Assembly (NCBI GenBank): GCA_903857825.1
Contig: CAIOGI010000010.1
Location: 46,542 to 110,541 of the forward strand
Source: Candidatus Tayloriibacteriota bacterium
GTDB lineage: Bacteria; Patescibacteriota; Minisyncoccia; Phycocordibacterales; PALSA-1337
DNA length: 64,000 nt
Direction: 5' to 3'
Shown: one piece after another, positions 35,821 to 45,072 of the stretch
How the letters are laid out: every line of letters starts with the position of its first letter
How positions within the stretch are numbered: the first letter of the stretch is position 1
Translations under genes and position numbers: made by a program
The notes under the pieces: model-generated
Databases searched by the model: none
What the model was told of the DNA's origin: nothing
The model's input: only the letters and a program-made list of their open reading frames with translations

Positions 35821-36918
35821 TTATATTCTAAACTCCATCACATCCCCATCTTTCACTATATATTCCTTCCCTTCTGTCCTTAGCAACCCTTTCTCCCTTG
35901 CAGCACCAAAAGATCCTGACTCTATCAACTTATCCCATTCTATAACTTCAGCTCGTATAAATTTATCCTTAAAGTCTCCATGAATAGCCGTTCCTGCTTC
36001 TGGTGCTGTCCAACCACGTCCAATAGTCCATGCGCGAGTTTCCTTTTCACCAGTTGTAAAATATGTAATCAAATTCAAAAGCTCATAACCTTTCTTTATT
36101 AAGTCATCAATACCATCATCCTTAGCGCCCAGTCCTTCTCGTAACTCCTTTTTTTCACTGTCATCAATATCTTTTAGCTCATGCTCTATACCAGCATCAA
36201 CTATGACCCACTTGGCTTTGTTTTCATCAAAAAAATTCATTAGAGCTTGATATCTTTCGTCTTTAATTTCATCAAGGTTCTTTCCTCCTGCTTTTTTATT
36301 CAAAATATACATGAAAGGCTTAGAAGTAAGCAGGTGTAGAGACTTTATAAATGGTTTTTCAAACTCATCTGCAATCACAGTAGAAGCTAGTCTTCCCGCA
36401 TCAAGAGCTGTCTTTATTTTCTCAAGCAAACCATTTTCGATAATTGCCTCCTTTTTTGCTTGTTGTATTTCTCTTCCGAGATTTGAAAGACGCTTCGTGA
36501 CAGTTTGTAGGTCAGCAAGTATAAGCTCAAGGTTAATAACTTCAATGTCCTTCAATGGATTAATCTTTCCATCAACGTGGATAATATTGTCATCTTCAAA
36601 AATACGAACCACTTCTGCGATAGCATCAGTCTCGCGAATATTTGTTAAAAATTGATTACCAAGACCTTCACCATCAGAGGCACCTTTCACGAGTCCAGCA
36701 ATATCTACGAACTCTACAACAGCCGGTACAGTCTTTTGTGTCTTAGAAAAGTCAGAAAGCTTGTATAGTCTATCATCAGGAACAGCCACAACACCCACAG
36801 ACGGGTCAATAGTTGCAAAAGGATAATTAGCAACAAGTACACTCTTTTTTGTAAGAGCGTTGAATAATGTACTTTTCCCCACGTTTGGTAAACCTACAAT
36901 TCCAATTGAAAGTGACAT
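35821..36918 (-). CDS. ychF: ribosome-binding ATPase YchF (Obg-family GTPase)
   Basis: [18 protein letters not shown] (G1), ...[10 protein letters not shown]..., C-terminal TGS domain; 365 aa. Confidence 0.9.
   Translation of the reverse strand: MSLSIGIVGLPNVGKSTLFNALTKKSVLVANYPFATIDPSVGVVAVPDDRLYKLSDFSKTQKTVPAVVEFVDIAGLVKGASDGEGLGNQFLTNIRETDAIAEVVRIFEDDNIIHVDGKINPLKDIEVINLELILADLQTVTKRLSNLGREIQQAKKEAIIENGLLEKIKTALDAGRLASTVIADEFEKPFIKSLHLLTSKPFMYILNKKAGGKNLDEIKDERYQALMNFFDENKAKWVIVDAGIEHELKDIDDSEKKELREGLGAKDDGIDDLIKKGYELLNLITYFTTGEKETRAWTIGRGWTAPEAGTAIHGDFKDKFIRAEVIEWDKLIESGSFGAAREKGLLRTEGKEYIVKDGDVMEFRI
35829..35847. repeat. 19-bp direct repeat (right copy) within the 3' end of ychF
   Basis: identical to 34649-34667. 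Confidence 0.75.
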
Positions 36919-36972
36919 ACTAGAAATCTAACATGAAATAAGTCAAAATAAAAGTTAATTATATTATTTAAA

Positions 36973-37362
36973 CTATTCGGCTAACTTTTTCTTTATTTTC
37001 TCAATCACCTGCTCTAGCTTAACTTCAGACTTAATATAATATTCAAATGATTCATGATCATTTATCTCTGCCATTTGCATAGCTAAGAACAGATGATCTA
37101 TATCATTTACATTTGTCAAAATAATGAAATGTGCTTTTTTACCCCATTCGTCCTTTCGTAGTTCTTTCAACATCGCCAAACCATTCATTTTTGGCATTAA
37201 AATATCAACTAAAATTAAATCTGGATGCTCCTTTAATGAAATATTTAAACCTTCTTCACCATTTTTTGCATCAAAAACCGTAAAACCTTCGTTTTTCAAC
37301 TTTATATGCAATGCATTTCTTAGAGACTGATCATCTTCTGTAATTAGTACAATTTTTTTCAT
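36973..37362 (-). CDS. response regulator receiver-domain protein (CheY-like, stand-alone)
   Basis: ITEDD...LILVDILMPKMNG...receiver fold, 129 aa. Confidence 0.8.
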   Translation of the reverse strand: MKKIVLITEDDQSLRNALHIKLKNEGFTVFDAKNGEEGLNISLKEHPDLILVDILMPKMNGLAMLKELRKDEWGKKAHFIILTNVNDIDHLFLAMQMAEINDHESFEYYIKSEVKLEQVIEKIKKKLAE

Positions 37363-37363
37363 A

Positions 37364-37747
37364 TTATTTTATGTTTGAAAGAGTTGATAATACTTTCTCG
37401 AGAACAGTATCGATTTTCCAATCTGTTTTCACTAAATAATCTATAATGCCAAGCTTTTTTGCTTCTTCTAATCTTGATGAATCGCTAAGATTACTCAACA
37501 TTATAATTTTAGAATTTTTTCCCCATTCATCATTTCTCAATCTAGTTAATACCTCTATACCATCCATTTTAGGCATTATTATGTCCAATAAAATTAGATC
37601 TGGATGTTGTTCTAATGCTATCTTAAGACCTTCCTCCCCATTCCTTGCTTCTATACATGAGAAATTTTGTCCACTAAATTTTTCTCTCATTATTTTCATC
37701 AATGATGATTCATCTTCGATTATTAACACTCTTTTTATATTATTCAT
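37364..37747 (-). CDS. response regulator receiver-domain protein (CheY-like, stand-alone)
   Basis: IIEDE...LILLDIIMPKMDG..., 127 aa. Confidence 0.8.
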   Translation of the reverse strand: MNNIKRVLIIEDESSLMKIMREKFSGQNFSCIEARNGEEGLKIALEQHPDLILLDIIMPKMDGIEVLTRLRNDEWGKNSKIIMLSNLSDSSRLEEAKKLGIIDYLVKTDWKIDTVLEKVLSTLSNIK

Positions 37748-37756
37748 ATTTTTTAA

Positions 37757-38251
37757 TTATAAAGTGGTTATTATATCTACTAAACCATTTTTAAGATTGA
37801 AGGTAATCGCTTTTCCTGAATTACCACCCGTGTCTTCATTGTCTATTCTTATACCATTTTTTTTAAGCTGGTTCCTGGCGGATTCTATATTTTGGAAGCC
37901 AATACCATTTTTATCACCCATCAACTTTCTAAACATAGAAGCACCTCCAACAAGCTTAGCTTCCATATTCTCTATTTTAGCACCTATTTTTTTTAAACCG
38001 TATATCAGATTATCCACAGATTCATCGGCATATTTACCAGAGGTATTATGTGGGCTGAAATCAACAGAACCTAATTCAACTTTTTGACTATCTCTTCTCG
38101 TTGGTAGCATGGAATGCGCTAGACCTCCTATTTTAGCCTCCTTATCGTATATACATATAACTATACAGGACCCTATACTACCTGTCCTTATAATTTTATC
38201 ATCTCTTTCTACAATCAATTCACCAGTTTTTATTTGAATTTCATTTTCCAT
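37757..38251 (-). CDS. cheD: chemoreceptor glutamine deamidase CheD
   Basis: ...IRTGSIGSCIVICIYD...GGLAHSMLP... CheD conserved Cys/His block; 164 aa. Confidence 0.8.
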   Translation of the reverse strand: MENEIQIKTGELIVERDDKIIRTGSIGSCIVICIYDKEAKIGGLAHSMLPTRRDSQKVELGSVDFSPHNTSGKYADESVDNLIYGLKKIGAKIENMEAKLVGGASMFRKLMGDKNGIGFQNIESARNQLKKNGIRIDNEDTGGNSGKAITFNLKNGLVDIITTL

Positions 38252-38259
38252 TAAGAATA

Positions 38260-38877
38260 TTACTTAATTTTAATTTTTATCATTTCAAGTATCTTTGAAC
38301 TAGAAACTGGATCAAAAAGATAAAAGAAATCGCCTTCCATATTTTCTTCTTTTATATCTAGTTTAACCTTAAATACCAAGATATCTCCACTAACTGAACC
38401 CATTTCAGCAAGAACACTATCTAGCACCGCTCCAGATCTATCTATTGATATATCTGGAATTGAATGTATCAAATTTAAATTTAAAAATTTATTTATAGCT
38501 GTAATAGAAGCACCCAAAAGAATATTGCCCATTTCCTGCAATGCTGATTTATCATTTTCACTAATTCCTTCTACATTATCATTTTTTGAATTATTTAAAA
38601 TACTTATAAAATTTAATGCACTCTTTGGAGAAAGTATCATTACCATTGCACCTTTAAATTCACCTGTAAACTTTAGAAAAGTTGCAATGACTTTTTCATC
38701 ACTTTTTCCTATTATTCTCTGTACCTCCTCTATTCCACCTGTATATGATTCTGGGACTGTCATTGTGACTTTTTTCCCAATCATTGTAGAAAGTGCTGTG
38801 GAAGCGTTACCTATTCCTATGTTGGTAATCTCTTTTAATTGATCATTCTCTTCCTCAGTTAATATTTGTTTAATCAT
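38260..38877 (-). CDS. cheC: CheY-P phosphatase CheC (CheC/CheX/FliY family)
   Basis: two CheC-type repeats (...EITNIGIGNASTALSTMIG... and ...QEMGNILLGASITAINKFL...). Confidence 0.75.
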   Translation of the reverse strand: MIKQILTEEENDQLKEITNIGIGNASTALSTMIGKKVTMTVPESYTGGIEEVQRIIGKSDEKVIATFLKFTGEFKGAMVMILSPKSALNFISILNNSKNDNVEGISENDKSALQEMGNILLGASITAINKFLNLNLIHSIPDISIDRSGAVLDSVLAEMGSVSGDILVFKVKLDIKEENMEGDFFYLFDPVSSSKILEMIKIKIK

Positions 38878-38905
38878 ATAAGTTTATTAATATTATAATC
38901 AAATT

Positions 38906-40621
38906 CTACAAAAAGCTAGTTGCATCTAAAATCAAAATAGTATCTCCATCTCCCAATATTGTAGAGCCAGAGAAGCCTTTTGCACCTTTTAATACTGATG
39001 GTAATGGTCTTACAATAATTTCCTCTTCGCCAATGAGCTTATCTATTATCAAACCAGCTGTTTCATTACCTTTTTCTATTAAAACTGCAAGTCTTTTTTT
39101 ATCTTGAGTATTTGAATTTTCGACTGAAATTGAAAGTATTTTTTTTAAAGATATAAGAGGAATATCATTACCATCTATTACAGCCATATCTGTTTCAGCA
39201 ACACTTTTAATATCGGAATTATCAATATATACAGAACGAATAATACTTGAAAAGGGAATTGCAAAAGTCGAATTATTTATTTTAACCAATAAAACTTTTA
39301 TAATAGCGAGTGTTAAAGGTAAATTTAATGTAAATCTAGTACCACCATTATTATTTACGGGAGAAACAACTTCAATATCGCCACCTATTTGATCCACAAA
39401 TTCCTTAATAACGCTAGTTCCAACTCCCCTTCCTGAAGTTTCAGTCACGCTATCATTTGTTGATAATCTAGGATTATATAGTAAATCCTTCTCTAAAATC
39501 GGTTGCCAGATACTTTGAGGATTCATTTCAATTGAAGACAAGTATTCATTACTTTTTTCTGCATTAATTATTTCTCTTTTGAGAGCTGCATTTACTAATT
39601 CTTTCCATCTTATACCAAAGCCATTATCCTCAATAATGATAGAAGCATGGTCCTTACTATGCTTGGCTTCAAGTCTAATAATTCCTTTTTCTTGAATGCC
39701 ATGATCAACTGCATTTCTCAATAAATGCCCTAGTGGTTCTGCAAGCTTATCGATTATACTTCTATCCATTTCTATATCTTCTCCAGTGATGATAAGGTCA
39801 ATTTCCTTATTTGACTTGTTTGCTAAATCACGAATCATTCTAGGAAATCTAGCAAAGATTTGTCCTGCTGGAACAAGTCTTGATTGCATTACCGAATATT
39901 GTAAATTAGAAATTAATAAGTTTAAATGTTCTACTGCAGGTTTTAATGAGCTTAGTATATCCTCTTTATTTAAAAATGATGAATTTTCAATTTTTGAATC
40001 TAAAATGGAATTTAATCTCATCTTCTCTGCTAATAATTCTTCACTGAGGTCCATTAAACTATCTAACCTTTTTATAGGAACCTTTACATGAGAAATATTT
40101 TCAGTCTCATTAGATTTTATTTTATAAACAGGAATGTCTGTTTCTTTTTTTATACTTTCATCCTTTTTTATATCTTGGACCTTTTTTACTTTAACCATCT
40201 CATCTGTTTTTGTACCAAATAATTCTTTTATTCTTAGTGAGTAACTCTCCAAATCAGATTCTATATTGTTATCTTTAATATTCCTTAAAGATTCAGAAAG
40301 CATATCAACAGACTCGAATATAACTTCGAAGGTATCTACTGATATTTTAGATATTCCATTTCTTACATTATCAAAAACATCTTCTAGAACATGTGTTAAA
40401 AAAGCCATTTTTGTATAGCCCATTGTTGCCGAGGAACTTTTCAATGTATGTGCAGAGCGCATAAGTGAATCAAAAACTTCTCTATACTTTTTCTCATCAA
40501 CTTGATCACCTGCCTGTTTTTGCTTTAAAAGTTTTTCTCCAAGTAAAAGATTTTCATTAATTTTTTGTAAATTATCTTCTACTTCACTTATAAAAATATC
40601 TTTAAACTTGTTTATGTCCAT
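38906..40621 (-). CDS. cheA: chemotaxis histidine kinase CheA
   Basis: Hpt domain (RSAHTLKSSSATMG), dimerisation region, HATPase_c (IIEDNGFGI ... GRGVG), C-terminal CheW-like domain. Confidence 0.9.
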   Translation of the reverse strand: MDINKFKDIFISEVEDNLQKINENLLLGEKLLKQKQAGDQVDEKKYREVFDSLMRSAHTLKSSSATMGYTKMAFLTHVLEDVFDNVRNGISKISVDTFEVIFESVDMLSESLRNIKDNNIESDLESYSLRIKELFGTKTDEMVKVKKVQDIKKDESIKKETDIPVYKIKSNETENISHVKVPIKRLDSLMDLSEELLAEKMRLNSILDSKIENSSFLNKEDILSSLKPAVEHLNLLISNLQYSVMQSRLVPAGQIFARFPRMIRDLANKSNKEIDLIITGEDIEMDRSIIDKLAEPLGHLLRNAVDHGIQEKGIIRLEAKHSKDHASIIIEDNGFGIRWKELVNAALKREIINAEKSNEYLSSIEMNPQSIWQPILEKDLLYNPRLSTNDSVTETSGRGVGTSVIKEFVDQIGGDIEVVSPVNNNGGTRFTLNLPLTLAIIKVLLVKINNSTFAIPFSSIIRSVYIDNSDIKSVAETDMAVIDGNDIPLISLKKILSISVENSNTQDKKRLAVLIEKGNETAGLIIDKLIGEEEIIVRPLPSVLKGAKGFSGSTILGDGDTILILDATSFL

Positions 40622-40626
40622 TATGA

Positions 40627-41670
40627 TTATTTTACCAGACTTATTATACGATTAGAAATTTCTTTTGGTGTCAAGATTTCATCTGCCAATCCTTCATCAA
40701 TTATTGCCTTAGGCATAGAATCTATCACTGTAGTCTCTGGAGTTTGAGCTATTATTATACCACCAGCTTGCTTTATTTTCCTTGCACCTAGAAGACCATC
40801 ATTACCCATACCGCTTAAAATAATACCAACAACTTTATCTTTATAAACTTTTACCACAGATTCCATTACAAAATTAATACAAGGTCTTGCACCACCATAA
40901 CTACTTTTTTTATTTAATTTTAATCTTTTACTTTCTAACATCTCAAATTCAAAATCGGTTGGAACAACATATACTCTCTTTGTAATCATATAGTCACCAT
41001 CCTTTGCTTCTACAACTTGCAAAGGACTTATCTTATTTAAACGTTCTGCAAACTTGGGTATAAAATATGCTGGCATATGCTGTACTACAATAATAGTAGA
41101 GAGAAGATCATTTGGAAGTAATCTAATAATGTCTTCAACTATAGGAGGACCTCCGGTAGATGAACCTATAACTATTACTTTTTCAGAAAGAACCAGTGAG
41201 TCTTTTTTTGTTTCTGATACTTTGTGTATACCTTTAGAGTAAACTTTTACATTTGCCAGTGAAGCAACGTGCACCTTTAATATAATCTCATCTTTAATTG
41301 AATCAATATCTATAGATATTTCCCCTGAAGGTTTAGTAATAAAGTCAATTGCTCCAGCTCTAAGGCTATCTAATACAATATCAGAACCGGCTAATGCATG
41401 AGCTGATATCATTATTATTGAGGGCTTCTTAAGATTAGAAAAAGAAAAAATCTCAGTTATTGTATCAATACCATTTCTATCTGGAAGATTATAATCCATA
41501 GTTATCACGTCTGGTGATAATTGTTTACTTTTTACCACTGCCTCATCGCTATTTTGTGCCGTACCAACAACTTCTATCTGATTATCAGATTCCAAAATCT
41601 CCCTCAAGAGTTTCCTCATGAAAAAAGAATCGTCAACAACTAAGACGCGAATTTTATTTTTTAGAGACAT
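40627..41670 (-). CDS. cheB: chemotaxis response regulator protein-glutamate methylesterase CheB
   Basis: N-terminal receiver (VLVVDDS...VITMDYNLP) plus C-terminal CheB methylesterase (VIGSSTGGPP..., ...HMP...). Confidence 0.9.
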   Translation of the reverse strand: MSLKNKIRVLVVDDSFFMRKLLREILESDNQIEVVGTAQNSDEAVVKSKQLSPDVITMDYNLPDRNGIDTITEIFSFSNLKKPSIIMISAHALAGSDIVLDSLRAGAIDFITKPSGEISIDIDSIKDEIILKVHVASLANVKVYSKGIHKVSETKKDSLVLSEKVIVIGSSTGGPPIVEDIIRLLPNDLLSTIIVVQHMPAYFIPKFAERLNKISPLQVVEAKDGDYMITKRVYVVPTDFEFEMLESKRLKLNKKSSYGGARPCINFVMESVVKVYKDKVVGIILSGMGNDGLLGARKIKQAGGIIIAQTPETTVIDSMPKAIIDEGLADEILTPKEISNRIISLVK

Positions 41671-41683
41671 TTTGTCTTACATA

Positions 41684-42046
41684 TTATCCTAATATCTTCA
41701 GTATCTCGTCTTCAACCTGACGATTATCAAATGGCTTAACAAGATAACCTTTTGCTCCAAGCTTCATAGCTTCTTCTATTATCTTTTCCTGACCTACAGC
41801 GCTAATCATGATTACTTTTGTACTTGTACCTATCTCCTTTAGAACATCCATTCCCCCTTTTTCAGGCATTATAATATCCATTAAAACTAAATCAGGTTTT
41901 TCAGAACTAATCTTCTCGATCGCCTCATTACCATTTGCTGCTTCAATAAAGTTTTTACATCCTACATTTTCAAGAATATTCTTTAGAACTGTTCTCATGA
42001 AAGCAGAGTCGTCAACTATAAGTATTTTTTGAGTTATTGTATTCAT
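41684..42046 (-). CDS. cheY: chemotaxis response regulator CheY
   Basis: KILIVDDSAFMR...LVLMDIIMPEKGG...KGYLVKPF; 120 aa. Confidence 0.85.
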   Translation of the reverse strand: MNTITQKILIVDDSAFMRTVLKNILENVGCKNFIEAANGNEAIEKISSEKPDLVLMDIIMPEKGGMDVLKEIGTSTKVIMISAVGQEKIIEEAMKLGAKGYLVKPFDNRQVEDEILKILG

Positions 42047-42049
42047 TTT

Positions 42050-42637
42050 TTATTTATAAATTTCTATTAATTTTGCAATGTTCTTATTGAAAAGAATATA
42101 GAGCTGAGCGTTTATCTGATGTTTTGCTATTTTTAGTACAGTCTTAAAGACCAAGACACTATCTCCATTATCAATATTTTTACCCTTAAGATCTAGTATA
42201 ATATTTTCTATATTACTTGCAGTCATCATATATGGCTCCCCAAACATCAGATTCATCTCGGTATTCTTTGATAGATAATTTAAATATGAATTTGATAAAA
42301 TATTTAATGTTTCCTTTACGGCTGATTTATCGAGATCCATAAGTACTCCAGTAGTTCCAATTTCCTTTTGATTTAGCAAATCTACAAGAGTTAGGGCAAC
42401 CTCTCTAGGCATGAGCAGCATAGAAACACCCTCGGAATTACCAATTGTCTGCGTATATGTAATAATAGCTTGCTCATGTCCATCTTTTAAACTATTAATT
42501 AAAAAGTCATATGACATCACTTCTAGGACGGCAGTTTCAACACTTACATTTTCTCTTGATAGTTTTGAAAAAGCACGAGAGACCTCTTCACTACCATTTT
42601 TAGCAACTTTTTCTAAGAGTTCTTTTGAAAAAATCAT
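42050..42637 (-). CDS. second CheC/CheX-family protein (divergent)
   Basis: ...ETLNILSNSYLNYLS... CheC-like repeat; 195 aa; weaker match than 38260-38877. Confidence 0.5.
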   Translation of the reverse strand: MIFSKELLEKVAKNGSEEVSRAFSKLSRENVSVETAVLEVMSYDFLINSLKDGHEQAIITYTQTIGNSEGVSMLLMPREVALTLVDLLNQKEIGTTGVLMDLDKSAVKETLNILSNSYLNYLSKNTEMNLMFGEPYMMTASNIENIILDLKGKNIDNGDSVLVFKTVLKIAKHQINAQLYILFNKNIAKLIEIYK

Positions 42638-42646
42638 AATATATAA

Positions 42647-43204
42647 TTAATTATTCGCCTTAATAACAGAACCTAATGTTAATAAATCCTTATCTGACAA
42701 TAACTTCATTAAGTTTAACATGATAATTATTCTCGAGCTAGTTCCATCTTTACCCTCAAGAACTACCACACCATCAATATATTCTGCATGAATTTTATTT
42801 GATATAAGCTCGGGAGCTGTCTTTATATTTGTGACTGGAACATGCAAAACCTCTTTAACTCTATCGACAACAACACCAAAATCATTATTTTCTACTTCTG
42901 TAATAATAATATGCTTAGGACTAAGTTTATTGTTGCGTGAAAAGTTAAAACGTTTTTCCAAATCAACTGTAACAATTATCTTGCCTCTGAGATTGAATAT
43001 TCCCCTTATAAATTCAGGCGAATTTGGTATTGGTGTTATATTAGGAATATTAATAATCTCTCTAAGATCATTAATTTTCAATGCATATTCTTCATTATCT
43101 AATTCAAAAACAACTATTTGAATCTGCTCAATAATCTCCTTATTATTTTTATTGTTATTCGTACTTACACTATGAATTATATTTTGTATGTTTTCATCAT
43201 TCAT
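42647..43204 (-). CDS. cheW: chemotaxis coupling protein CheW
   Basis: single CheW-like domain (...IVVFELDNEEYALKINDLREI...IRGIFNLRGKII...). Confidence 0.85.
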   Translation of the reverse strand: MNDENIQNIIHSVSTNNNKNNKEIIEQIQIVVFELDNEEYALKINDLREIINIPNITPIPNSPEFIRGIFNLRGKIIVTVDLEKRFNFSRNNKLSPKHIIITEVENNDFGVVVDRVKEVLHVPVTNIKTAPELISNKIHAEYIDGVVVLEGKDGTSSRIIIMLNLMKLLSDKDLLTLGSVIKANN

Positions 43205-43220
43205 ATATTGTAATAATTAA

Positions 43221-45008
43221 TTATTCTTTTTTATCATCTTGTATTTTGACATCAGATATCTTTTTTGACTTTATAGCATTGCTTAATGAACTATGAACTA
43301 TTGTTTTTTGATTTTTAACAACTCCAGCAAGTACCTGTAGGTCTAGTGATAATGCTTCTAGTTGTTGCGCTGATGCTGCTATTTGCTGATTTGCAGCACT
43401 TTCTTGTTGAGTAGAAGCGGAGAGTTGCTGTGCTCCTGAAGAGTTTTGTTCTGCAACCGCAGCGATAGAGTCCATAGTTTTTGCAATTTGCTTTATTGAT
43501 GCAGCTTGTTGCTGTATAGCTGCTGCCACTTCTTGAATTTTACTAGAGACTTCTTGAGTTGATTTGAAGGTTCCAGTCATTGATGTGTCTATTTGATTTA
43601 CAATATTTCTAATCTCCCCAGCAGAAACCGATGATGTTTCTGCCAACTTTCTAACTTCGTCTGCAACAACAGCGAAACCTCTACCAGCTTCTCCTGCTCT
43701 AGCTGCTTCTATAGCTGCATTGAGGGCCAACATATTCGTTTGCTCGGCTATAGTCGTGATTGTTTGTACCATTTGGCCTATTTTTTCTGCATCTTGCCCA
43801 GTTTTCTGCATTAGTTGAGAGGAATTTGATGCTGCTGATGAAACCTCTTGTGCAGATGCTGACATTTGTTGTATTGCTGCTGACATTTGAGAAATGGCTT
43901 GTGATATTTCCTCAGCTTGTTTGGATTGTTGTGTAGCTCCTGATGCCACTTGTTGAGATATAGAAGCATTCTGCTGTGATGAAGCAGATGATTGTTGTGA
44001 TGTTGCGGATAGTTGAGTGGCTGCATTACTTAATTGCTCGACTATTTTTCTAATAGGTCTCTTTATGAATTCACCCATTGATTTTGATGCAAAAATTGAT
44101 ACCAATGCAACAAGAACCAAAGTAATAAATAGTATAAATAAAATAATATTAAGTAACTGGGCAGTTGAAGCAAATGCTTCATTGCTATTTATTTCTGAAA
44201 CTATACACCAATTTTTACCTAAACTATTTTTTACATGAGTATTTGAATAACTACCGACAACCTCATTGCCCATATAATCAGTTGTAATGCCAGAAAATTC
44301 TGTACCCGCCAAGCAATCTGCAACGGCCCTGGATGAATTTTTGGTCTTTAGAATTGCATCATTAATATATTTTGAATTAGTAATGAAATAACCATCACTA
44401 TTAATAATATATGTTTCTTTTGTCTTTAGTTCACCAGTATACTTTACAACATCAGATAATCTACTATTCTTCGATCGAGCAGCGATAACTCCGACAAATT
44501 CACCTGTTTTTGTATATATTGGAGCAGAAACAACATATCCAATTTCATTTGTTGTTTCTGATAAATATGTATCCTTCAAATATGCTTTTTTCGTGAGAAA
44601 TGGCTTACTAAATAATAAATCGTCGTATTTATTCAAACCAACATTTTTTAACTCTGTAGATGCAACAATTTTACCAGATGAATTCATTAAAAATATCTCA
44701 AAAAAATTTGAATTATCAGCAAATATTTTATCAATGCTGGAATTGATTACCGCTAAATTTGTCAAATTAAGAAATGCATCGTTATGAGCCAGAATATCAA
44801 TCATGCCCAGTTCGCCATTAAAAAATATTGTCGTAATATGTTCTAATTCTTCAGAAGTGAATTTTGCAGTATCGACTGTCTTTGTCTGAAGTGCTTTTTG
44901 TGAGGAGTTGTAACTCAAGTAACTGATTACTAGAGTTGGTATAAGACCTATAAACAAAAACCAACCTAAGAAACGACCAGTTAGACCTAAATTTTTAAAT
45001 GACTTCAT
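43221..45008 (-). CDS. methyl-accepting chemotaxis protein with periplasmic Cache-type sensor
   Basis: N-terminal TM, sensor, TM, HAMP, then MCP signalling domain (...[36 protein letters not shown]...). Confidence 0.85.
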   Translation of the reverse strand: MKSFKNLGLTGRFLGWFLFIGLIPTLVISYLSYNSSQKALQTKTVDTAKFTSEELEHITTIFFNGELGMIDILAHNDAFLNLTNLAVINSSIDKIFADNSNFFEIFLMNSSGKIVASTELKNVGLNKYDDLLFSKPFLTKKAYLKDTYLSETTNEIGYVVSAPIYTKTGEFVGVIAARSKNSRLSDVVKYTGELKTKETYIINSDGYFITNSKYINDAILKTKNSSRAVADCLAGTEFSGITTDYMGNEVVGSYSNTHVKNSLGKNWCIVSEINSNEAFASTAQLLNIILFILFITLVLVALVSIFASKSMGEFIKRPIRKIVEQLSNAATQLSATSQQSSASSQQNASISQQVASGATQQSKQAEEISQAISQMSAAIQQMSASAQEVSSAASNSSQLMQKTGQDAEKIGQMVQTITTIAEQTNMLALNAAIEAARAGEAGRGFAVVADEVRKLAETSSVSAGEIRNIVNQIDTSMTGTFKSTQEVSSKIQEVAAAIQQQAASIKQIAKTMDSIAAVAEQNSSGAQQLSASTQQESAANQQIAASAQQLEALSLDLQVLAGVVKNQKTIVHSSLSNAIKSKKISDVKIQDDKKE

Positions 45009-45072
45009 TTCAATGATATTTAATAAATAATAATATTTAATATTAACTCAATTATTATAACACATTCTTATT

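Noticed and set aside
37446-38087. 213-aa plus-strand ORF spanning the receiver and cheD genes
   Set aside because: It overlaps two well-supported minus-strand genes and has a low-complexity S/F/L/I-rich translation.
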